From NCBI RefSeq assembly GCF_030013595.1, contig NZ_CP122768.1: 64,000 nucleotides of DNA. The stretch is one strand, 5' to 3'. This DNA comes from Escherichia coli (lineage in GTDB: Bacteria; Pseudomonadota; Gammaproteobacteria; Enterobacterales; Enterobacteriaceae). Below, one piece after another: positions 51,512 through 60,463 of the stretch; position 1 is the stretch's first letter, and each line of letters starts with the position of its first letter. The position numbers and the translations under genes are program-made. The notes under the pieces are model-generated. The model was not told the DNA's origin. It was given only the letters and a program-made list of their open reading frames with translations, and searched no databases.

Positions 51512-51802
51512 TTACCTTACCAGGCCATAGCGGATTACCGTGCAATGCGCACCATCGCCACCAATACGCACATCAAAACGTGGCTCACGGACTTTCACAC
51601 GCTCCAGCAACTTATCACGAACCATAGCGTTTAGCGTCCTTCGTGTTGCCTCTATGTGATATCGCTGATATTCGGAACCATAGAGCAGCACTGTAACACC
51701 ACGAACATCAAAAGGTGGATCTCCAGCCTCCACCCGCACCCAATCGCGATACTCAGGTTTGTAGAGTTCAAGGATCTGTTTTTTGTGCCTGGTCATTCTC
51801 AT
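51512..51802 (-). CDS. Hypothetical protein (96 aa)
   Basis: Minus-strand ORF with a protein-like composition; palindromic operator upstream. Confidence 0.45.
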   Translation of the reverse strand: MRMTRHKKQILELYKPEYRDWVRVEAGDPPFDVRGVTVLLYGSEYQRYHIEATRRTLNAMVRDKLLERVKVREPRFDVRIGGDGAHCTVIRYGLVR

Positions 51803-51916
51803 GCGTGCAACTCCTTATTGTGGGACAGTACTGTCATACAATAAGCTATACGGAAAATTATCAAAAGAACAGAAACCAACCATTCAGATTTAACAGGTAT
51901 CAATGGGATTATGCTT

Positions 51917-52219
51917 ATGGTGCATGATGACAAAGCGGAAGAACTGGAAGCGAAAGGCTTATGGCGACGGGCGGCTAATCGCTGGGGTGAGTTACTGAAA
52001 CAGGCGGCAAGTGATGAAGCGCGTCAGTATGTAACGGAACGACGAACGGCATGCATCCGGAAGGCAACCATAACCCGGGAACCGGAAAGAGACCTGATTT
52101 GTGCCATAAGAACCGCCGCCACAAAAACACTAACGGATATGGGGATCGACCTGAAAAAAGAAGATCCACTGCGGGGCATTCAGCACGGACATACAAAGCA
52201 GGATAAACGCAGGAAGTAA
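51917..52219 (+). CDS. PerC-family transcriptional regulator (copy 2)
   Basis: MVHDDKAEELEAKGLWRRAANRWGELL...RRTACIRKA parallels copy 1 at 48114 (clear paralogue); alternative ATG at 51911. Confidence 0.7.
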   Translation: MVHDDKAEELEAKGLWRRAANRWGELLKQAASDEARQYVTERRTACIRKATITREPERDLICAIRTAATKTLTDMGIDLKKEDPLRGIQHGHTKQDKRRK

Positions 52220-53082
52220 ATTTTTTCGTGTAACCAGGCAACCGACTATCTGAAAGATAGTCACACCCTACCGGGATCACGCTAGTAACGCACAACAGAG
52301 TGACCCATAGCCACCCTGTTTAACCGTTCCGGCTGGCTGGGCAGATTTTGCGCGGGTCTTATAGTCCCTCACAACAGAGTAAATAAAATTGACTTGGTTA
52401 CAGAGTAACCAAACCGGAGATTCCCGGTTTGCTCAAAAAATGACAATGAGTTACGCCCCTAACCTAAGTAATCCTTACATTCACTGCATCATCACCATGA
52501 TGGTGACGCAGCCCACCAGCAACCATAACGATTTCCGTTACAGTTGATGTGCTTTTTTGCTGGTAAGGCGTAACCCGTTGATTGTTCCAGAATCCACCAT
52601 CGGTGGAAGTTGAAAAACTCACCCGCCAGATTCTGAATGGTGAAAATCACCGGGGATCTGAATAGGCATTTCCTCTATGGAGGTCGCACCGTTTTCGGGA
52701 GAAGGTGCGATCATGTTCGTCATACCTGTTCCGTTGAAACGGAATACCCCATTCCGGCGTAGCTGGTGGACGCACAGCCACATACGAAAAATTGCATTCA
52801 GGAGGGGGGATCGAAATCCCTACCCCCCATTGCTTATGGGACCGCCCGCCCCGTCAAATTTTTACACCCGCGAAATTAAAAAAATGCGTCGCGCTGGTGG
52901 GCCTGATGCCGATATGGGGATTCCCATAACGGGTTATCCATGATCATCCACCAGCTTGATAACGGATAACAGGGGATGCGAAATCCTCAAGCGAGTGATA
53001 AACGTGTATAGAAATGTGTATAGAATCTATTTTAGAACTCGAGAATGTGCCTTTATTACTGGTCTTGTTGCTTGTTGTATTG

Positions 53083-53101
53083 TTCCCTTCGCCCGCTCCA
53101 A
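53083..53101. repeat. attR: 19-bp direct repeat of the tRNA-Gly 3' end at the right island junction
   Basis: TTCCCTTCGCCCGCTCCAA is identical to 39026-39044. Confidence 0.85.
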
Positions 53102-53333
53102 TTTATCTTCACCTCATCAACCTGTCATTTTTGTTGTATCTGATTTTCTATATTATCTTAATTCAATCGCTTCAGACTTTTCGCAATCGCCGAAATACTT
53201 CCCCATTTTGTTGTAAATAAAAAGCGTTTACGCAATGCAATCCTTTTGTAACAACCCAGGTAAAATACCTTATTTTCAAGTTGTTAAATAAGTGGTTATC
53301 TACGCTTTTAACAAACGATTGATGGAATATTTT

Positions 53334-54944
53334 ATGAAAGGGAAATCTGCATTAACGCTTCTGCTTGCTGGTATATTTTCGTGCTGCACATGCCAGGCGA
53401 CATGGGCAGAAGTGACGAGTGACTCCGTATTTAACATTCTTAATTCCAGGGGGGAAGCAATAGATAAAAGTTATTTATCGTTAAATCCAGATAAGTATCC
53501 TAATTATCGTCTTCTGATTCACTCAGCCAAATTACAAAATGAAATAAAGAGCCACTATACCAAAGACGAAATTCAAGGATTGTTTACATTAACAGAAAAC
53601 ACACGAAAGTTAGCGTTGACGGAGAAACCCTGGGGAACGTTTATTCTTGCTTCTACTTTCGAAGATGACAAAACAGCGACAGAAACCCACTATGATGCTG
53701 TCTGGCTGAGGGATAGTTTATGGGGCTATATGGCATTAGTATCAGATCAGGAAAATAGGGTAGCTGCAAAAAAGATTCTGCTCACCCTGTGGGATTATAT
53801 GTCTACGCCCGACCAGATTAAGCGGATGCAGGATGTCATTAGCAACCCAAAACGACTGGATGGAATTCCCGGGCAAATGAATGCTGTGCATATCCGATTT
53901 GACAGCAACTCCCCCGTGATGGCAGATGTGCAGGAAGAAGGCAAGCCGCAGCTGTGGAACCATAAACAAAATGATGCTTTAGGTCTTTATCTTGATCTCC
54001 TTATACAAGCCATCGACACTGGTACTATTAACGCTGAAGACTGGGAAAAAGGTGACCGATTAAAATCGATTGCGCTGTTGGTTGCTTATCTGGATAAATC
54101 CAATTTCTATATTATGGAAGATTCTGGAGCGTGGGAAGAAGATGCCCGATTAAACACATCTTCCGTTGCACTGGTGACCTCGGGACTGGAACGTTTGTCG
54201 AACTTACTCTCGAAGAAAGACTCTGTTTTTATTTCTGATTTACTACGCGAAGCTAAAGCCAATGAACTGGATGAAACTTTTTCAACAACGAGGTTGAACC
54301 ATCTCATAGATAAAGGGTATGAAAGAATAACGCTACAGCTTGATTTAGGGGGAGAATCCCCTGGTTATCTGGAAAAAGATAAACATTACAGAGAAGCTGA
54401 TGCGGCCTTACTTAATGTTATTTATCCTGCAAATCTTTCAAAGATAAACACCAGAAGAAAAGAGCAAGTTCTAAAAATAGTTAAAAAACTAGCAGGTCCG
54501 TATGGTATAAAAAGATACGAGAAGGATAATTATCAGTCGGCAAATTTTTGGTTCAATGATATTAAAACTGATACTGATGAAAATTCACATGCGAAAAGAG
54601 AAATGAGCTTCATTCCATCAACAGAAGCAGAATGGTTTTTTGACTCATGGTATGCAAAATCAGCAGCAATTGTTTATAAAGAATCAAGAAAAGAAGAGTA
54701 TTTGAATGACTCAGTGCAATTTATGAATAGATCATTGGCCCAAATAACAGGCGAGAATATGATTGGTGCAAATGGCAGGAGCGTACCAGAAATGGCACTT
54801 CCCGAAAGCTATAACTATATCCACAAGTCGGGAACTTTGCATGAAGCGCCAAGCCCTATCATTCCGCTAAATTGGTCGAAAGCTTCAATGACTCTCATGT
54901 TGAAAGAGATGTCCAACCTTATCAATGATGAGGGAATTAAATAG
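53334..54944 (+). CDS. Secreted hypothetical protein flanking ETT2 (possibly glycoside-hydrolase-like)
   Basis: Signal peptide MKGKSALTLLLAGIFSCCTCQATWA; AT-rich; DAVWLRDSLWG motif is weakly reminiscent of (alpha/alpha)6 glycosidases; sits where ygeP/ygeQ lie in K-12 as I recall. Confidence 0.55.
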   Translation: MKGKSALTLLLAGIFSCCTCQATWAEVTSDSVFNILNSRGEAIDKSYLSLNPDKYPNYRLLIHSAKLQNEIKSHYTKDEIQGLFTLTENTRKLALTEKPWGTFILASTFEDDKTATETHYDAVWLRDSLWGYMALVSDQENRVAAKKILLTLWDYMSTPDQIKRMQDVISNPKRLDGIPGQMNAVHIRFDSNSPVMADVQEEGKPQLWNHKQNDALGLYLDLLIQAIDTGTINAEDWEKGDRLKSIALLVAYLDKSNFYIMEDSGAWEEDARLNTSSVALVTSGLERLSNLLSKKDSVFISDLLREAKANELDETFSTTRLNHLIDKGYERITLQLDLGGESPGYLEKDKHYREADAALLNVIYPANLSKINTRRKEQVLKIVKKLAGPYGIKRYEKDNYQSANFWFNDIKTDTDENSHAKREMSFIPSTEAEWFFDSWYAKSAAIVYKESRKEEYLNDSVQFMNRSLAQITGENMIGANGRSVPEMALPESYNYIHKSGTLHEAPSPIIPLNWSKASMTLMLKEMSNLINDEGIK

Positions 54945-55233
54945 TTTTCATAATGAGGCGGTCCTGGATTAAAAGGACCGCTCAAAGAGAAATCGTAAGG
55001 GAGGTAAAAGTGATCAATAAATTACTGTTAGCTTACCTGATAGGTCTGGTTGTAACATCGACCTTAATATTTATCTTCTCGGAAGAAAAAGTAACATATC
55101 GGTTGTTTGCTGCAGTAATTACAGGGTTGACCTGGCCGCTTAGCCTCATTCCATCCATCATAAGTCTCATAATTCGTAAATCCGACTAACAAGAAATTTA
55201 TATGAACGATTAAGAAAAATAGTGGATTTGCCC

Positions 55234-56139
55234 CTATATTTCCAGACATCTGTTATCACTTAACCCATTACAGGCCCGCTGCCGCAGATATTCCCGTGGC
55301 GAGCGATAACCCAGCGCACTATGCGGATGCCATTCGTTATAATGCTCGAACGCCTCTGCAAGGTTCTTTGCTGCCGTTAACCCGTCTGGTTTGGGCATGA
55401 TACTGATGTAGTCACGCTTTATCGTTTTCACGAAGCTCTCTGCTATTCCGTTACTCTCCGGACTCCGCACCGCCGTGTTCTTCGGTTCAAGTCCCAACAT
55501 CCGGGCGAACTGGCGTGTTTCATTAGCCCGGTAGCATGAACCATTATCCGTCAGCCACTCCACTGGAGACGACGGAAGATCGTTGCCGAAGCGGCGTTCC
55601 ACCGCTCCCAGCATGACGTCCTGTACTGTTTCACTGTTGAAGCCGCCGGTAGTCACCGCCCAGTGCAGTGCCTCACGATCACAGCAGTCCAGCGCGAACG
55701 TGACACGCAGTCTCTCTCCGTTATCACAGCAGAACTCGAACCCGTCAGAGCACCATCGCTGATTGCTTTCTTTCACGGCCACTCTGCCTGTATGTGCCCG
55801 TTTCGATGGCGGTACAGCAGGTTTTCGCTCAAGCAACAGCGCATTCTGGCGCATGATCCGGTAAACACGTTTGGCATTGATCGCAGGCATACCATCAAGT
55901 TCTGCCTGTCTGCGAAGCAGCGCCCATACCCGACGATAACCATACGTGGGCAGCTCTCCGATAACATGGTGTATACGGAGAAGCACATCCGTATCATCAG
56001 TGTGACGACTGCGGCGGCCATCCATCCAGTCATCGGTTCGTCTGAGAATGACGTGCAACTGCGCACGCGACACCCGGAGACAACGGCTGACTAAGCTTAC
56101 TCCCCATCCCCGGGCAATAAGGGCGCGTGCGCTATCCAC
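55234..56139 (-). CDS. insD: IS2 transposase OrfB (DDE integrase core)
   Basis: 301-aa ORF matching IS2 InsD as recalled. Confidence 0.9.
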
Positions 56140-56462
56140 TTTTTTGCCCGTCCATATTCAACGGCTTCTTTGAGGAGTTCATTTTCCATCGTTTTCTTGC
56201 CGAGCAGGCGCTGGAGTTCTTTAATCTGCTTCATGGCGGCAGCAAGTTCAGAGGCAGGAACAACCTGTTCTCCGGCGGCGACAGCAGTAAGACTTCCTTC
56301 CTGGTATTGCTTACGCCAGAGAAATAACTGGCTGGCTGCTACACCATGTTGCCGGGCAACGAGGGAGACCGTCATCCCCGGTTCAAAGCTCTGCTGAACA
56401 ATTGCGATCTTTTCCTGTGTGGTACGCCGTCTGCGTTTCTCCGGCCCTAAGACATCAATCAT
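56097..56462 (-). CDS. insC: IS2 transposase OrfA
   Basis: [52 protein letters not shown]...; HTH; overlaps insD for -1 frameshift fusion. Confidence 0.9.
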
Positions 56463-56870
56463 CTGTTCTCCAATGACTAGTCTAAAAACTAGTATTAAGA
56501 CTATCACTTATTTAAGTGATACTGGTTGTCTGGAGATTCAGGGGGCCAGTCTAAATAGAATCGAAAAAGAGAATAAAATATATGCAGGGAGTAACAAAAC
56601 ACTCGCAGTGCGTTAATGTGTAACTAACAAATATGATTTTTATTGAAAATAGTCACCAAATAAGTGTTATAAGAAATACGGGGTATGTTTAAGTAAAACA
56701 TATCAACAGTTGCAATTCTGTATATGGACAGGATGACTTACTACTGTAAGTGGCTGATAGCTATTCGCTCATAACAAAATCATTATTTTATAAATAGGAA
56801 TCATCACTTTTTAATCATGTTTTTATTGCAAGTTTATGGAGAATGAGAATATGGAATAAGGAGATGAAAC

Positions 56871-57620
56871 ATGATTGAAGAAGGGCTGTTACTTCCAATG
56901 AATGTTTTGCTTCAAGGACAGAAGTTAACCCTACTGGATCCTGAAATGTGGTTCTTACGGGGAAATGAAAACAAGGATGTAACCCTTGTTATTACGATTG
57001 GTAATAACCACCAAAAATTAATGGTAGTGGAAGACATATTACTGCTCATTGACCGAAGCCAAATTGAGGTAACTGCAGGGAAAGTAATTTATCATCCACT
57101 TCGCATTGATATCCTGAGTAAATTATTAGCTTTTATAGATGAATCAACGGGGAGTGTGGAAAGGGAACACCATGAGTTGTTTGCTGATGCCTTGCCCTTT
57201 GCATCAGAAGTTGTGCTATTCAGTAAAGTTGCAAGTGAAGCCTGGTTTTTAGCCACTTATCTGAGCAGCGATAATATTAATGCAATTCTGTTTCAGCATC
57301 TAAGAAAAACAGAATGCTATAAACTGGTTCGCTATTTATTATCGCAATCGCTCATACAGACTTCACTCTATGATCTTGGTGAGCTTTACGGCGTATCGTA
57401 TTCACATTTTCGCCGTTTATGTAGTTATGCATTGGGTGGTAAAGTTAAAACGGAATTATGTGGCTGGAGAGTTGCCAGAGCAGTGTTGGAAATCATTGAA
57501 GGAAACAGTGATATGACAACTATTGCGCATAAATATGGCTACTCATCCTCATCACACTTTTCAGCCGAAGTAAAAAGCCGGTTAGGAAAAACACCGAGAG
57601 AACTATGTAAAAAGTTATGA
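56871..57620 (+). CDS. eivF: AraC-family T3SS transcriptional regulator (InvF-like)
   Basis: C-terminal AraC HTH (YGYSSSSHFSAEVKSRLGKTPRE); AAGGAG Shine-Dalgarno; first gene of the inv-like operon. Confidence 0.8.
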   Translation: MIEEGLLLPMNVLLQGQKLTLLDPEMWFLRGNENKDVTLVITIGNNHQKLMVVEDILLLIDRSQIEVTAGKVIYHPLRIDILSKLLAFIDESTGSVEREHHELFADALPFASEVVLFSKVASEAWFLATYLSSDNINAILFQHLRKTECYKLVRYLLSQSLIQTSLYDLGELYGVSYSHFRRLCSYALGGKVKTELCGWRVARAVLEIIEGNSDMTTIAHKYGYSSSSHFSAEVKSRLGKTPRELCKKL

Positions 57621-59320
57621 AAATAAAATTACGTATTACTATTATATTAATTTCAGCCTTATGCATTTTTAATGGATTATTGACTCCTGGTGCATATGCC
57701 GCAACAGCGAATGGATACGTAGCAAATAAAGAAAATCTACGTAGTTTTTTTGAAACGGTTTCATCATATGCGGGTAAGCCTACAATAGTAAGTAAGCTTG
57801 CCATGAAGAAACAGATCAGCGGAAATTTTGATTTAACCGAACCCTATGCCTTGATTGAACGCCTGTCGGCGCAGATGGGACTTATTTGGTACGATGATGG
57901 CAAAGCTATTTATATCTATGACTCATCAGAGATGCGTAATGCGCTGATTAATCTGAGAAAGGTATCGACGAATGAGTTTAATAAATTTTTAAAAAAATCG
58001 GGTCTGTATAACTCTCGTTATGAAATTAAAGGGGGCGGCAATGGTACTTTCTATGTTTCGGGGCCACCGGTTTATGTTGACCTGGTCGTTAATGCTGCGA
58101 AATTAATGGAGCAAAACAGCGATGGCATCGAGATCGGACGCAATAAAGTAGGGATTATTCACCTGGTCAACACATTCGTTAATGATCGGACTTATGAATT
58201 ACGTGGCGAAAAGATAGTTATTCCTGGCATGGCAAAAGTACTATCGACGTTGTTAAATAATAACATTAAGCAAAGCACTGGGGTTAACGTACTTTCTGAA
58301 ATTTCAAGTCGTCAACAACTAAAAAACGTATCACGTATGCCTCCTTTTCCTGGTGCTGAAGAAGATGATGATCTACAAGTAGAGAAAATAATATCGACAG
58401 CTGGAGCGCCAGAGACTGACGATATACAAATTATTGCATATCCTGATACCAACAGTTTACTTGTTAAAGGAACAGTATCTCAGGTTGATTTTATCGAGAA
58501 GTTAGTAGCTACACTCGATATTCCAAAGCGACACATTGAATTATCTTTATGGATAATAGATATTGATAAGACTGATTTAGAACAGTTAGGAGCTGACTGG
58601 TCGGGCACGATAAAAATTGGATCCAGCCTAAGTGCATCATTTAATAATTCAGGTTCAATTAGTACCCTGGATGGGACACAGTTTATTGCAACAATACAGG
58701 CACTTGCGCAAAAAAGAAGAGCCGCCGTTGTTGCTCGTCCTGTCGTTTTAACACAGGAGAATATTCCTGCTATATTTGATAATAACCGTACTTTCTATAC
58801 TAAATTAGTCGGCGAGCGTACTGCGGAGTTGGATGAAGTAACTTATGGTACGATGATTAGCGTGCTACCACGATTTGCTTCGCGAAATCAAATTGAATTA
58901 CTCTTGAATATTGAAGATGGCAATGAAATCAATTCTGACAAGACCAATGTTGATGATCTGCCTCAGGTTGGTAGAACGCTTATAAGTACTATTGCGCGCG
59001 TGCCTCAAGGGAAAAGTCTTTTGATTGGTGGATATACACGAGATACGAATACCTATGAAAGTCGCAAGATCCCAATATTAGGCAGTATTCCATTTATTGG
59101 TAAATTATTTGGATATGAAGGAACAAATGCGAATAACATCGTTCGTGTCTTTCTTATTGAGCCAAGAGAGATCGATGAGCGCATGATGAATAATGCGAAT
59201 GAGGCTGCGGTTGACGCCAGAGCAATAACACAGCAAATGGCAAAAAATAAAGAAATCAACGATGAATTACTGCAGAAATGGATAAAAACTTACCTGAATC
59301 GTGAAGTCGTCGGAGGATAG
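57617..59320 (+). CDS. eivG: Type III secretion outer-membrane secretin (InvG/SctC-like)
   Basis: 567 aa with signal peptide and conserved secretin C-domain; ATGA overlap with eivF. Confidence 0.85.
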   Translation: MKIKLRITIILISALCIFNGLLTPGAYAATANGYVANKENLRSFFETVSSYAGKPTIVSKLAMKKQISGNFDLTEPYALIERLSAQMGLIWYDDGKAIYIYDSSEMRNALINLRKVSTNEFNKFLKKSGLYNSRYEIKGGGNGTFYVSGPPVYVDLVVNAAKLMEQNSDGIEIGRNKVGIIHLVNTFVNDRTYELRGEKIVIPGMAKVLSTLLNNNIKQSTGVNVLSEISSRQQLKNVSRMPPFPGAEEDDDLQVEKIISTAGAPETDDIQIIAYPDTNSLLVKGTVSQVDFIEKLVATLDIPKRHIELSLWIIDIDKTDLEQLGADWSGTIKIGSSLSASFNNSGSISTLDGTQFIATIQALAQKRRAAVVARPVVLTQENIPAIFDNNRTFYTKLVGERTAELDEVTYGTMISVLPRFASRNQIELLLNIEDGNEINSDKTNVDDLPQVGRTLISTIARVPQGKSLLIGGYTRDTNTYESRKIPILGSIPFIGKLFGYEGTNANNIVRVFLIEPREIDERMMNNANEAAVDARAITQQMAKNKEINDELLQKWIKTYLNREVVGG

Positions 59321-59324
59321 TGAA

Positions 59325-60437
59325 ATGGCGATTCATGTAGAACATGTCGGTGTATTAGAAAGAGCCAGAGAAGTTTCTCGCTTAGAGGACATTATCACAG
59401 AAGATAATGAAGATATTGAAGCTGAAATGCCTAAAATGGGAGATGATCCCGCCGGTAAAGAAGCTCGATTCTTACAAGCTACTGACGAGATGTCAGCAGC
59501 GTTAACGCAGTTTATGAAGAAAAAAATCTACGAAGAACAACTGGCCAACTTTCTGGACGGAGAAGAATATGTCCTGGAAGATCAGCCAATAGAAAAAACC
59601 GATAAAGTCATGGAGGCGCTTAAGGCAGCAACTACCCATGACTATGAAGTGTATAGCTTTGCTAAAAAATTATTTCCAGATGAAAGCGATCTGGTGGTTG
59701 TATTACGTGCAATTTTACGTAAAAAACAAATATCTGAAAATGTGCGGCTAAACGCTGAAGCATTACTTAAAAAAGTTAATCAAGAGACTACTAAAAAATT
59801 CATTAATAGCGGTATTAACTCGGCATTAAAAGCAAAGTTATTTGGCCAGGCATTGTCATTAAATCCAAAATTACTAAGGGCAAGTTATCGACAGTTTTTA
59901 ATGGCAGAAGACGATGCTGTAGATACTTATGTCGAATGGATTGGTAGTTATGGCTATCAAAATAGAATACTGGTGACAAAATTTATCAAAGAGACGCTTT
60001 TCTCAGATATAAATGCACTTGATGCGAGCTGTTCATCATTGGAATTTGGTATGTTTCTCAATAAGTTGTCACAACTATTGTCTCTTCAGTCAGCAGAGGC
60101 TTTATTTCTGAAAACTTTAATAAATAACCCAATAATTAAAAAATTTATTAGCGCAGAAGATTATTGGATATTTTTTCTGATATCGTTAATAAAATTTCCT
60201 GAGACAGCAGAGGAACTCCTGAAAAATGCACTGGTAACCCTACCCGCAGATGCTAATTATAAAGACAAAACGTTACTCCTGAAGGCGATTTACAGCGGAT
60301 GTACAAATCTTCCATTTTCACTTTTTATTAATAATGAACAATTATTAGAGATTAGGGAGTGTTGTAAACAGGCAATAAAAGTAACATTTGCAGCAGAGCT
60401 CTTTGATACACAAAACAGTAATAAAAAAACAAAATAA
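59325..60437 (+). CDS. eivE: Type III secretion gatekeeper (InvE/SctW-like)
   Basis: ATG behind GGAGGA; 370 aa; synteny between the secretin and SctV. Confidence 0.75.
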   Translation: MAIHVEHVGVLERAREVSRLEDIITEDNEDIEAEMPKMGDDPAGKEARFLQATDEMSAALTQFMKKKIYEEQLANFLDGEEYVLEDQPIEKTDKVMEALKAATTHDYEVYSFAKKLFPDESDLVVVLRAILRKKQISENVRLNAEALLKKVNQETTKKFINSGINSALKAKLFGQALSLNPKLLRASYRQFLMAEDDAVDTYVEWIGSYGYQNRILVTKFIKETLFSDINALDASCSSLEFGMFLNKLSQLLSLQSAEALFLKTLINNPIIKKFISAEDYWIFFLISLIKFPETAEELLKNALVTLPADANYKDKTLLLKAIYSGCTNLPFSLFINNEQLLEIRECCKQAIKVTFAAELFDTQNSNKKTK

Positions 60438-60463
60438 AAAACCATGGAAGAAGGTAATGTTCA

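Larger units (their letters stand above)
39045..53101. mobile_element. ~14 kb integrative element at tRNA-Gly: P4-like / PICI-like phage satellite (int, alpA, primase-helicase, iteron origin, cargo)
   Basis: Bounded by a 19-bp direct repeat of the tRNA 3' end; tyrosine integrase adjacent to the tRNA; AlpA, primase and iterons; no capsid or tail genes recognised. Confidence 0.8.
55223..56554 (-). mobile_element. IS2 insertion sequence (IS3 family), complete
   Basis: 1332 bp with IS2 terminal sequences TGGATTTGCCCC... and ...CAGGGGGCCAGTCTA; flanked by a 5-bp direct duplication AATAG (55218-55222 and 56555-56559); encodes InsC and InsD. Confidence 0.92.

Noticed and set aside
52300-52980. Retron (msr/msd) or group II intron
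   Set aside because: The region is highly structured, but there is no reverse-transcriptase or maturase ORF nearby and no recognisable flanking a1/a2 repeats; left as an unassigned structured non-coding region.
52220-53082. P2/P4-type or lambda-type cos site
   Set aside because: I looked for the 19-nt P2/P4 cohesive end (GGCGAGGCGGGGAAAGCAC) and the lambda cosN (GGGCGGCGACCT); only a loose GC-rich resemblance (GGGGCGGGCGGTCCC on the minus strand, about 52828-52842) was seen, with no exact match.
52677-53216. ORFs 52677-52943, 52956-53216 and 53014-53220 as genes
   Set aside because: Low-complexity, Pro/Arg-rich or spanning the attR junction and the promoter region of the secreted-protein gene; no Shine-Dalgarno. 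Likely non-coding.
54953-55189. 78-aa ORF after the secreted-protein gene
   Set aside because: A shorter GTG-initiated two-helix membrane peptide (55010-55189) behind GGAGGT is possible, but there is no supporting homology; not called.
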